A stretch of DNA of 64,000 nt from a virus. Lineage: Duplodnaviria > Caudoviricetes. Every line of letters begins with the position of its first letter. The first letter of the stretch is position 1. Below the pieces are notes generated by a model, which was given only the letters and a program-made list of their open reading frames with translations, did not search any database and was not told the origin of the DNA. Positions 37,995 to 48,000 of this stretch are shown piece after piece. A program made the position numbers and the translations under genes. The stretch spans positions 1 through 64,000 of the IMG/VR virus record IMGVR_UViG_3300009671_000010. One strand, 5' to 3'.

Positions 37995-40900
37995 ATTGGC
38001 TTTATTCAAAAATGATGATAAAAAAGAAAAAGATAAATTCTGGTTTGTTAAAGTTGCTACTAATGCAGCTATTGCTGGTGGAGCTTTTTATGGATTTAAA
38101 AAGGTAAAAGGACCAGCTGGATCAATCATTAAAAAAATTACAGATACAAATATAAATACAACTGTTGAAAAAGAAGCAGCTAAATACATTAAAACTTCAG
38201 AAGAATTTTCTAATGGTTACAATCCTTTTGATGAAGATGATTTAATTAATCCAAATATTCCAGATCAAATGATGACAATGACTGAATCTCTTATAAGTTC
38301 TAGTGAGGATAGTCTTATATCTGAAATAAATACTCTCAGTAATACTGATAAAGAATTTGGTGAAAAGTTTTCTATTTTCTACTCTAGATTTAATAGTCTT
38401 GAAAAATATGCAATTTCATATGGTCTTGATGGTGAAGATGCACATATAATTTTAGCACTTAGATCTGTTGTTCAAAAAGCACTTGCAAATGGCGTAGTTG
38501 ATGATAGTATTATTTCTAAGGTTAATTCATTACATGAAAAGTATTTAAAGCAAAACGCTTATGGTGTTTTATATCAAAGCCAATTACATCATCTTAAAAA
38601 TAATGCCAGGAAAGTTGTATTTGATAATATGTCATCGAAAGATGTATTAAAAAAATCAATTCTTGGTGATGTTACAACTGACTTAAGTTCTAAAGTAGAA
38701 TCACATCTTCTTGCTGATTTATTTAAAAGGAATAAATCTATCGAGGAATTTGTTCCTGGACAGATTAACAGTGCTCTTACACATGAGCTTGGTTCAACTA
38801 TATCTTCTTTCAAAAAAACAGTTGACTATAATCCACTACTTACAAGGATAGATGACAAACTTAGTTTAATCGAAGCAAAACCAAATTCCAGTATTACTTC
38901 ACATGCTATTCAAATAGCTAGAGATACAAATGGAAAACAGTGGGCTCATATAAATATAACTTTAAATAGCGGGAAGACACACACATTGGAAGTTCCACTT
39001 GCAAAAAATATGATTGTTCCAGGTTCAAATTCAACTGTAAGTTCATATGTTGATATGTTATTCACATTTGGTGGATCTCCAGCAAGTCCATATCAAAATG
39101 TGAAAAGTGCATTAAATTCAAGTGAATATATATTACATACAATATCAAAAAGACTTGATACTAATTCTTCTTTTATGAGTGAGTTTATTAGTGATACTAG
39201 TAATGCTATTCATAGATTAAATAATGAAATTAATGGAATACTTGATAACCTTACAATATATCAAGGTAAACCTGGTCAGTTGATATTACAATTATATAAT
39301 CCAGAATATGATAAACTTTTACATCAAAATGGTGAAGCTGGTCAAAGACAATATGACAAAATGAATCGTGCATTAAATAATATGTCTATGATGAATAGAA
39401 TGGTTCAATATAAAAAAGAAATAAAAAGTGGTAGAATTGGACGTGTATTTATAGTATCATTGGATACAGAAACGATAATGGCATCACAAACACATATACC
39501 TGGTTTAGAACACACTGCTAGAAATCCACAAACTCACTTAGTACAAATTGGTATTGACATAGCAGAGGTTAACAATTCTATGACTCCTAAAGTAGTGGAA
39601 TCTAAAAGATTTTATAGTGATCATGCTACTAATGCTTTGAAAAAAGATAATCTTTTTGATACAAAACAAATGGAATTCATACGTAAGGTTACACCTGGAG
39701 TTGATGCAAGTACAAGTATTGATGAAGTTATAAGCAAATATACTGAACATATTAAATTAAAAACTGATCAAACTGGAACGCGTGCTGCTAATGATACACA
39801 ATTTGCAGACAGTCTTTTAGATTATCTTGATCAATTCTTTGAACACAGTAAAACTGGTAAACTTGGTATTAATGATAAAGTTGTTATAGTTACAAAAAAT
39901 GGTCAACAATATGATTTACCATTGATTAAATTACATGCTACTAAAATGAAATGGAATAAATTTGAACGTAAATATAAAAATATGATTGATACTGGTTCTC
40001 TTGGGGTAATAGAATCAAAATATAATTTCGATGATAGTCCCCTTGGATTGGATTCCGTTATGAAAGGTATTCTTAATAGAACAGGTTTTGGAGATCCGAA
40101 TGTCGATTTTAATAATCCTAAAGTCATAGGAAGTGTATTAGATCATTTTGAAAGAAAAGGTTATCTTACAATTGATAATAATGTTAAAAAACAATTACAG
40201 GGTGCACTAACTCAAACGCATGGTGAAGCAGTAGTGGATGCATTATTTAACATAGTCATATATCAGGATATGTTTCTAAAGGCATCTACTAAAAGAGGGA
40301 TTTGGGATACATCTACACAATTAAAATTAAGAAAAGTAAATGATATGTTTCATGGATCTGCTTCTATTTATGAAAATGTTTTAACTAGAATGGAAAATGA
40401 CTCAGCTTATTTTAATGGGAAATTATTTACTGGATTTTTATCATCTGCTAATAGAGCTACAAAGGGTGCCTTGTATGAAGAATCAGCTGGAGCATTGTAT
40501 GCTTTTGGAGGTGGGTCTAACTTATCTAAACAGATATATCAAAATTTATCTGGACATACATTATCACGAAATATAAACATATCACCAAAAAAAGGTAGAA
40601 ACATTTTTAGAAAAACACTAACTACATTACCCGCTGTTGAATTACATCTAAAAAGAGAAAAAGCAAATAAACAAGCTGGTCTATATAGAGGTAAAGGAGT
40701 AACTCATAACAGTATAACTGTTAAATCAGCTCAAGTTATTTACTCTGCTGCAGAAACTGAAGGTTTGGCAATTTTATCTACTGACATAGCTAAGCAGGTT
40801 AATGTATTACATGATATGAATGTAAATATTAGTTCTATTAATTTTAGCGGAAATAGTACAGATGTAGGACCTCGTATTGATAAGTTTAAAAATATATTAT

Positions 40901-43900
40901 TAGATGCAATGTTAAATGAAAAGAGTAGTAAGCCAGGAAGTATAATTGATATTAATAGATTAGCAAAAAGAATTGCTTCGAGACCCGATATTAATCTTGC
41001 TAGACTACCGCGAGGTACTACTATTGGATCAGGTGATCTTGGACAGATTATATTGAAACATACAGCTAATATTGAGGATTTTGAAATTACACCAATAGAT
41101 GTTAATGGTAGAATTGATTTGGATATACGTGTAAAAATATCAAGAAAGGCTAGGGTTGATGGAAGTGAAGCATGGAAGGCTCGTGATATAAGTGGAAATA
41201 AATCTGTTCTTACATACTCTGATCCAAGTCAAAAAATAAATGGATTATATGGACATGATTTTAGAACTGAAGCAAAATGGATAAAAGATGGTAATGTTTC
41301 AGCTTTTAAAGATTCAGCTGTAAATAAAATTATAGGCACATTACAAGAACAAATTTATTCTGGTGATAGAAAACAATCTATACAAGCTAAATGGCAATTA
41401 AGAAAATTTGCAAGGGAAATTGGCGCTGACATAGTTAAAGATGAATTAATACTTAATCCTTATAAAATGAAAAAAACTAAGTATAAGCATTTGGGTAAAA
41501 AGGAAGAACAGCTTGCACACGCTATTTATGGGGCTCTAGACATCAGTTTAGATACAATCAATAGGTATATGAAGCCTGTTGGCAGTACGTGGTCTAGTGA
41601 GCGTTTAAAGGAGTTTTATGCTAATTTTGGAGGCGGGGATTATAATAAAGGTAGAAGTATTGCTAAAAGATTAGCTGATTCAATGTATGATAAAGCTGTT
41701 TCTAAATTAAAAAATGCAAGTCAGGAAGCATTATATTCAGTTAGTAAAGGTGATGTTTTAAAGGTAGAAGAAGAATATAGAAGAATAGCTGATTCTATAT
41801 ATCAACCAAAAGAAGGCGATACAATTTTTGCTGAATGGGCTAACTCTGATCCTAATGTCAAAAGTTCACATAAATCACTTATATTCTCCTCATTCAGTGA
41901 AATAAGTTTACATTCAGGTAGTATCACTGGAGAAGGTTTCGGATATCATACATTAAAAATGAGTAATAATGTAGTAGATCATATTCTTAGGTCAGATTAT
42001 ATTTCAAAAACTACTAAGGATATGGTTTCCAGTAATAGAGTCTATTATAGAGATGATATAAAGGCGAAAGCTAAAAAATCATTGGATAAATTTAAAAGAG
42101 AAGTATTTGCTGAAGCTTCTATGGCAACACATCTTGATCTTAATGAAATTAATAAATTATTATCTAGACCTGGGACTGAAATGCTTTCTTCTAATAATTT
42201 GGCAAAAAGTATTGATGAAGAGTTGAAAAAAAATATAGCTGGTTATAATATAGAAGCAGATGATATTCTTATTGATGTTAAAGATTCTATGATGACAACG
42301 ATTGAAAAATATAAAGATCATCTAGTTATGATTGATAATGAACTTGATGATCCAGAAAAATTTAGAGAGTATAAAGAAAAACTTGTTTCAAATATTATTT
42401 CACATCATAGAATGGAAACTGCTTTAAAAAAACAAAGTAAATTCGTTACCTATGAAGAAACAAGTGTATGGGCAAAAATGGCTAAAGAGCATAATAATAT
42501 TTTTAGGATTAGTAATAGTGTATCTGGTTTACCAGCAGTATTTGATATTGATATGAATAAAACCTTTAATTCTATTTATGGATCTACAAATTATTCTAAG
42601 CAACAGAAAAATTTATTTGTTAAAATGCTTAATGATATGTTAAAATATCAGCAAAAAAATAAAGTCGATGGACCAATTATATCTATTGATGGAGATAATG
42701 TTAAACTTAGAGAATTATTTATACCAGCACATGATGTAGCAGCAAACATAGCTGACAAAGTTGCTGGACCAATTGCTAGGGAAACTCCAGAAACATATAG
42801 TTCTAAAAGATTCTTACAATCAGTTGTATCTTATGCTAATGGTTTAACTATGCAGGGATGGACAGATGTTAATGCTAAAAGTTCCTATGAAACTATGATT
42901 AAGTTCTGGACTATGCATATTCTTGATACAACTATTGGTAATAAATCTGTATATGGTCAATGGCAGTCATCTAATTTAAAAGTTCAACAGTTTAAATCAA
43001 AAGGTGCTGAAAATTTATATATACAGGCACTTGAAATAAAAAATGCAGGAGGTATGAAAGCTATAGCCAAAGATAAAAATGTATCAGCTGATTATATACG
43101 TAGAGGTAATGAGATTCTTGAACAAATTTTAAATTCAAAATTTAATACTACATTCATATCAGAGACTGCATTTAAAAAAATGAAAGTTGACATAGGTGCG
43201 GGATTATCTACATCGTCAGAATCATATCTCAAGTCATTATCTACTAAGCAGGATAATCTATATAAAAGAATAGTTTCTGGTGAACAGAAAATGATTGGTT
43301 TTTCTACTCGTTATCCAAATGAACCACAGGGACAACACGCAATGATGGATACCATGATTCAGGTTATACCTGATGAATATAAAAAATATTTCCTAATGGA
43401 TGACTGGAGTGCATATACATATGATATATTTACTCAAATGATTAAGATGGACCATGATGGTGATGTTAATAACATCGGTTTAACCAATGTTAATACTATT
43501 GAAAAATTTAGGACTCACCGTAAAGAAATAAAGAATAAATCAAAATTATTATTTCAAAAAATTACTAATGTTATAGAAAAGCAAAAATATGATTATCATA
43601 CATGGATGAGACCTATAGGACTTGATGAAAATGGTGTTATGGATATACTTACATTTGATAAAGTAACCTATAGTCCCAGGGTTATAAAAAAAGAACTAAC
43701 TCAAGCATCTACTGATGAATTAGCTGAATTATTTGCTGGAGACAATATGTCAGCTTTTATTGCTGGATATGGTACTCAACTTCCTGAATTCATGACTGGT
43801 AGAGGATTAAATGCTATTAGGGTTCAAGCTGCATCGGCTGCTGCCACTAAAGATACTATGGGTATTGCAACCAATAGTGTAATGCGTGCAAACATAGCTA

Positions 43901-44919
43901 TGAAAGCTGGACTAGTTAAAGATCAGCATATTATTAATGATTTTTTTGGTGACATGAAAACTGGTTTAGGACGATTTTTACAAGATGTTACTGGTATTAC
44001 AAAAAATCCTACATTAGAAAAAATTATATCATTATCTAGGCAACTTGAAGTTTTACATGGAAAAACATCTGATCTTGAAGCAGTTGAACAATTTAAAGAT
44101 AGTTATATTAAAACATTTGAAAATGAGGCTAAATCTCTTGGTGATGAATATGATTTATTTCTTAATAAAAAAGGTTCTTTTTATGAGAATAAGAAAAATC
44201 AAATAGATACATATATCATGGTTAATAAAATTATTAATACGGCTAATAGAAATAGTGTTACGTTTAGAGATGCATATAAACAAGTTGTTCAATCTGAAAT
44301 GAATTCACCATCCAGAGGTTTGACTAGTATTTTTAATCAACCAGAAGATATTGGGCGTGATGATATATTTGCTGGAGTTCTAGAAAATGCAAGGCAAAAT
44401 CATTTTTATGAAACAAGTTCTATATTTGATGAGTTTTCTGAAAACTTTAAAAATAAAATAAAACTTAGTCATCCTATTATTAATAATAGTAAAAAATTTG
44501 CTAAATATGGTGCTATTGGTGCATCGGTGTTCTTAGCTGCTAATTTCTTTAGGTCAAATCAATTAAGTTCATCAGCCAATCCTTTAGATATGTTTGTTGA
44601 CTTAGATAATAATATAAATTCTGACAATAATATTTTTTCTTCTGATTTACAACTTGATAGAGGATCTTCACTTGAAATGGTAGATGCGTCATTCTCTAAA
44701 AAAGCTTTTGTTAGAATGAATAAAATACAACAAGGTAAAATGAATCAATATAAGTCAAAACAAATTAATAGTATTTTAGGCAGTATGTCTGAAAATTACT
44801 CAAATACAGGCTTTAATGTTTCAAATAGAGATATAGTAACCAATGCGAACTATACTAGTCATATTGGTAAATTCGGTAATAATAATATAGTAAGAAAGAG
44901 AAAATATGGTGGTTATTAA
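37984..44919 (+). CDS. putative single-chain two-barrel virion RNA polymerase fused to DEDDh 3'-5' exonuclease
   Basis: Exonuclease motifs SLDTET, KNGQQYDLPLI, IDT, HGEAVVD (aa ~490-755); polymerase motifs TEGLAILS (~926), KARDISGNKSV (K1065/K1073), RYP (R1776), MDHDGD (D1823-D1827). Confidence 0.75.
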   Translation: MEFKLALFKNDDKKEKDKFWFVKVATNAAIAGGAFYGFKKVKGPAGSIIKKITDTNINTTVEKEAAKYIKTSEEFSNGYNPFDEDDLINPNIPDQMMTMTESLISSSEDSLISEINTLSNTDKEFGEKFSIFYSRFNSLEKYAISYGLDGEDAHIILALRSVVQKALANGVVDDSIISKVNSLHEKYLKQNAYGVLYQSQLHHLKNNARKVVFDNMSSKDVLKKSILGDVTTDLSSKVESHLLADLFKRNKSIEEFVPGQINSALTHELGSTISSFKKTVDYNPLLTRIDDKLSLIEAKPNSSITSHAIQIARDTNGKQWAHINITLNSGKTHTLEVPLAKNMIVPGSNSTVSSYVDMLFTFGGSPASPYQNVKSALNSSEYILHTISKRLDTNSSFMSEFISDTSNAIHRLNNEINGILDNLTIYQGKPGQLILQLYNPEYDKLLHQNGEAGQRQYDKMNRALNNMSMMNRMVQYKKEIKSGRIGRVFIVSLDTETIMASQTHIPGLEHTARNPQTHLVQIGIDIAEVNNSMTPKVVESKRFYSDHATNALKKDNLFDTKQMEFIRKVTPGVDASTSIDEVISKYTEHIKLKTDQTGTRAANDTQFADSLLDYLDQFFEHSKTGKLGINDKVVIVTKNGQQYDLPLIKLHATKMKWNKFERKYKNMIDTGSLGVIESKYNFDDSPLGLDSVMKGILNRTGFGDPNVDFNNPKVIGSVLDHFERKGYLTIDNNVKKQLQGALTQTHGEAVVDALFNIVIYQDMFLKASTKRGIWDTSTQLKLRKVNDMFHGSASIYENVLTRMENDSAYFNGKLFTGFLSSANRATKGALYEESAGALYAFGGGSNLSKQIYQNLSGHTLSRNINISPKKGRNIFRKTLTTLPAVELHLKREKANKQAGLYRGKGVTHNSITVKSAQVIYSAAETEGLAILSTDIAKQVNVLHDMNVNISSINFSGNSTDVGPRIDKFKNILLDAMLNEKSSKPGSIIDINRLAKRIASRPDINLARLPRGTTIGSGDLGQIILKHTANIEDFEITPIDVNGRIDLDIRVKISRKARVDGSEAWKARDISGNKSVLTYSDPSQKINGLYGHDFRTEAKWIKDGNVSAFKDSAVNKIIGTLQEQIYSGDRKQSIQAKWQLRKFAREIGADIVKDELILNPYKMKKTKYKHLGKKEEQLAHAIYGALDISLDTINRYMKPVGSTWSSERLKEFYANFGGGDYNKGRSIAKRLADSMYDKAVSKLKNASQEALYSVSKGDVLKVEEEYRRIADSIYQPKEGDTIFAEWANSDPNVKSSHKSLIFSSFSEISLHSGSITGEGFGYHTLKMSNNVVDHILRSDYISKTTKDMVSSNRVYYRDDIKAKAKKSLDKFKREVFAEASMATHLDLNEINKLLSRPGTEMLSSNNLAKSIDEELKKNIAGYNIEADDILIDVKDSMMTTIEKYKDHLVMIDNELDDPEKFREYKEKLVSNIISHHRMETALKKQSKFVTYEETSVWAKMAKEHNNIFRISNSVSGLPAVFDIDMNKTFNSIYGSTNYSKQQKNLFVKMLNDMLKYQQKNKVDGPIISIDGDNVKLRELFIPAHDVAANIADKVAGPIARETPETYSSKRFLQSVVSYANGLTMQGWTDVNAKSSYETMIKFWTMHILDTTIGNKSVYGQWQSSNLKVQQFKSKGAENLYIQALEIKNAGGMKAIAKDKNVSADYIRRGNEILEQILNSKFNTTFISETAFKKMKVDIGAGLSTSSESYLKSLSTKQDNLYKRIVSGEQKMIGFSTRYPNEPQGQHAMMDTMIQVIPDEYKKYFLMDDWSAYTYDIFTQMIKMDHDGDVNNIGLTNVNTIEKFRTHRKEIKNKSKLLFQKITNVIEKQKYDYHTWMRPIGLDENGVMDILTFDKVTYSPRVIKKELTQASTDELAELFAGDNMSAFIAGYGTQLPEFMTGRGLNAIRVQAASAAATKDTMGIATNSVMRANIAMKAGLVKDQHIINDFFGDMKTGLGRFLQDVTGITKNPTLEKIISLSRQLEVLHGKTSDLEAVEQFKDSYIKTFENEAKSLGDEYDLFLNKKGSFYENKKNQIDTYIMVNKIINTANRNSVTFRDAYKQVVQSEMNSPSRGLTSIFNQPEDIGRDDIFAGVLENARQNHFYETSSIFDEFSENFKNKIKLSHPIINNSKKFAKYGAIGASVFLAANFFRSNQLSSSANPLDMFVDLDNNINSDNNIFSSDLQLDRGSSLEMVDASFSKKAFVRMNKIQQGKMNQYKSKQINSILGSMSENYSNTGFNVSNRDIVTNANYTSHIGKFGNNNIVRKRKYGGY

Positions 44920-45088
44920 TCTAACTATTGATCTACAGGATGGAATACAACCTGATAATATTATTTCATCTATTCAAGCAATCTTATCTCAAATTACAAA
45001 TAATCAAACTATGGTTAATGTTAATGAAGTAAATGATCCCATATCATTAAGTCCTATATCTTTTAATAAAATTGGAGATTCTGAATGA
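44906..45088 (+). CDS. small hypothetical protein
   Basis: 60 aa, fills the gap exactly, overlaps the upstream stop and is ATGA-coupled to the next gene. Confidence 0.6.
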   Translation: MVVINLTIDLQDGIQPDNIISSIQAILSQITNNQTMVNVNEVNDPISLSPISFNKIGDSE

Positions 45089-48000
45089 CTAGTAATCTGC
45101 TGTCTATCTGTACATATCTTAAATCTGTTTTTGTTTTAGAACATGATAAATATTATTCTTTTGATTATTCATCAAATATGTCTAAAACTGTATCAATTAA
45201 AAATATAATTAATGATGAATTAAATAAAATAGATGCCAAAATTAATTTTAATAAACAGATTAGATCAGTTGATTTTCAACTTGGAGACATAGTATATAAA
45301 GATTCTATTAATGAATTATATATTATACTTGGTGTTGATGGTGATAAAGTATTTACTTTTCCAGACAGTAAAAATGCAAAATGGATTAATACATCTACTA
45401 AGTCATATACAGTTATAAGACCTGATTACAGTTCTGTTAAAATGGATAATATAAATACTAGAATTAATGATAATATTACTAAAGATATAACTAATAAACT
45501 TAAATCTAATGAAGGTACGTTTATAACTAATTATAATCAGTTACCTGATTCATCATTACAAATTGGAGACATAGTTGTTGCTGTCGATCCAATACAAATA
45601 TCTTTTAGTACTCAGAATGGATATCAATATTATCCTACAGTTAGAACTAATGGTAATCCTATTCTTCCATCCCCGCAGCAAATTAAGAATATATCAGTAG
45701 TTCTTATATTTCCAAATGAAGATTCTATTAATAATCAGCTATTGAATATATATGCAATGTACAGAAGAACCCCTTTTGTTAATATTCGTAATAAACATAT
45801 ATGTGATTTTTTTAAAGATATTAAATCTGAAAAATCAGATTATATACCTGTAGCATTAGAAAGTATAAATATTGAATCTGTATCTGGATTTCCAAATACA
45901 TTACAGGCAACTCTTACTTTACTTCCATTTGATCCTAGGGTTATATCAAACGGATTATTAGCATTAAGATCATTATCTGATGTACAAAATCAAACTATTG
46001 ATAATGATTATCTTTTAAAAGAATATAATAAAGCTATTGAAAGAATGGATAGTAGTTTATATAATTCAAATACTTTCAAAAATGAAGATATTATAACTAA
46101 ACCTGTCAGATATTCTGATGATTTTAGAGAAAGTCTTCCATTTAGAGCATTCTATCAATCAATGATATCTGAAAAAAAATATGTAGAAGATGAATATGGA
46201 AATGTTGTTCCAATTAAAGATATATCTGGTATCGAAATAGCAGATGGATATGATATAAGTGCATATAGACCAACTAATAGTTATAATATGTTACATAGAT
46301 ATACTTCAATTGATAATATTAAACCTATTTCTTTCAAATATTCATATCTTAAAGATGATTATAGATCACTTATAAAAGATATATCCAAAAATAGAGTTAT
46401 AAATCAAGAAGAACTTGTTAATAAATTAAAGGATACTCTTATTCAATTAAATTCTAAAGATACAATGATAAGTTCTATATTTACAAGTTGTTTGTCTTTT
46501 AAGGATTATGTTGCTGAAACTGAATTTACATGGAATAAAGTTGATAATGCACTTAGAAATCTTTTTATTGAAAGTGGAATAGATGTACCTAATCAGAGAG
46601 TAAATTACAATCTTTCTGAAAAAGATATTGGAAATAATGTTACTTCTTTATTTAAGTTTCTTATAGAAAATATAATGAGGAGTGGTTCGAATGCAGTTGG
46701 ATATAATGCACTAAAAAATATACGATCTATAGTTGATGGAAGAAACATAGTAGTAGATGATTATATTGGTTTACTTAATCAATTATATGTTCAAACAGAT
46801 AATGAATTTAACTCTGGAACCAAACTTGTAGGTCTACCAACTTTAATAGATAATATATGGAAATGGTTAAATATAAATGATAATAATAAAATTGCATTTG
46901 CACAATTTTTAAAGAATTGGACTGAAGCACTTGCTAATGATCTTAATACTGGAATAATGACTACTGATATATCATCTCCATCATCTGATATTCAAGGAAA
47001 AAAAATATATAGATTACCTATAGAAAATGATACTATATCTATTGATTCTAAAAATAATATTATTCAGAACTGGAACATAGTGTTTAGCAATAAATTTGTA
47101 CCTATCAATATACAATCTTTTAAATATCCATTTTATCAACACCTTGGTAGTGAAAATGCATCAATTAATCTAAACATAGTTTCTGTTAATAATTCTGATT
47201 TTATTTCAAAAATTTCACAGTTATCTGATAGATTATTAGATTCTTCAAAAGTTTTATCAATGTGTTGTCCTGAATTATTAACATGGCTTGACTCTAGAAT
47301 AACAGTCGAATCTGATACAAATAATATATTTAATGTATTTGGATTTAATAAAGTATCTTATAATTCTTCTAATATTACAAATATACAGGGTCAGCCTGGA
47401 TGTTGGAACATTGTATTGAATTTAACACAATCAAATATAAGTGTAGCTGATTATACAAACATACAACAAGAAAATGATAATTATGCTTATATAGAAGAAC
47501 TTGCTAAATTTATATGTAGGTTACAGATTGAAAATGATAATATAATTGTAGTTGATTATTATAATGAAGATAATACTCTTATAACTGATTTAGAAGATAT
47601 GATAAAATGTTCTTTTATGTTTTCTAAGTATATGGTTATGCTTAATGATGAAACTGGATATTTATCCACTGTAAAAGATAATAGTGTTACTTTGGGTAAA
47701 AAAAAGCTTTTAGCTGATCTTAAAAAGAATGGTGTATATAGTATCATTAATGGTTCTTTAAGTAGTGTACTTAATAACTTTTTTTCTAAAAATGATATAT
47801 TCTATAAAGAATTAAAGACAGTTTTATTTAATGTTGATAAATTACATAAAAAAGAATATCTATTATTTAATAATTTATTAGCAGACAAAAAAAAAATATT
47901 TGAAAGTAATAATGTTAAATTTACCGATGTTTTGTTTGCAGTAATTGGTCCAAATAGATTATTTACTATTTCCAGTATTGTTAATAAAAGTGTTGGTACT

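Noticed and set aside
43450-43464. DHDGD as a calcium-binding DxDxDG / FG-GAP loop
   Set aside because: Single occurrence with no repeat context; the upstream RYP and K-x7-K motifs in the right order favour a polymerase active site, pending structural confirmation.
37960-44919. Both giant proteins end similarly (RNRRKYGV and RKRKYGGY), suggesting a C-terminal targeting signal
   Set aside because: Explained by gene overlap: YG comes from T-ATG-G of the next start codon and the Arg/Lys run from the purine-rich RBS region.
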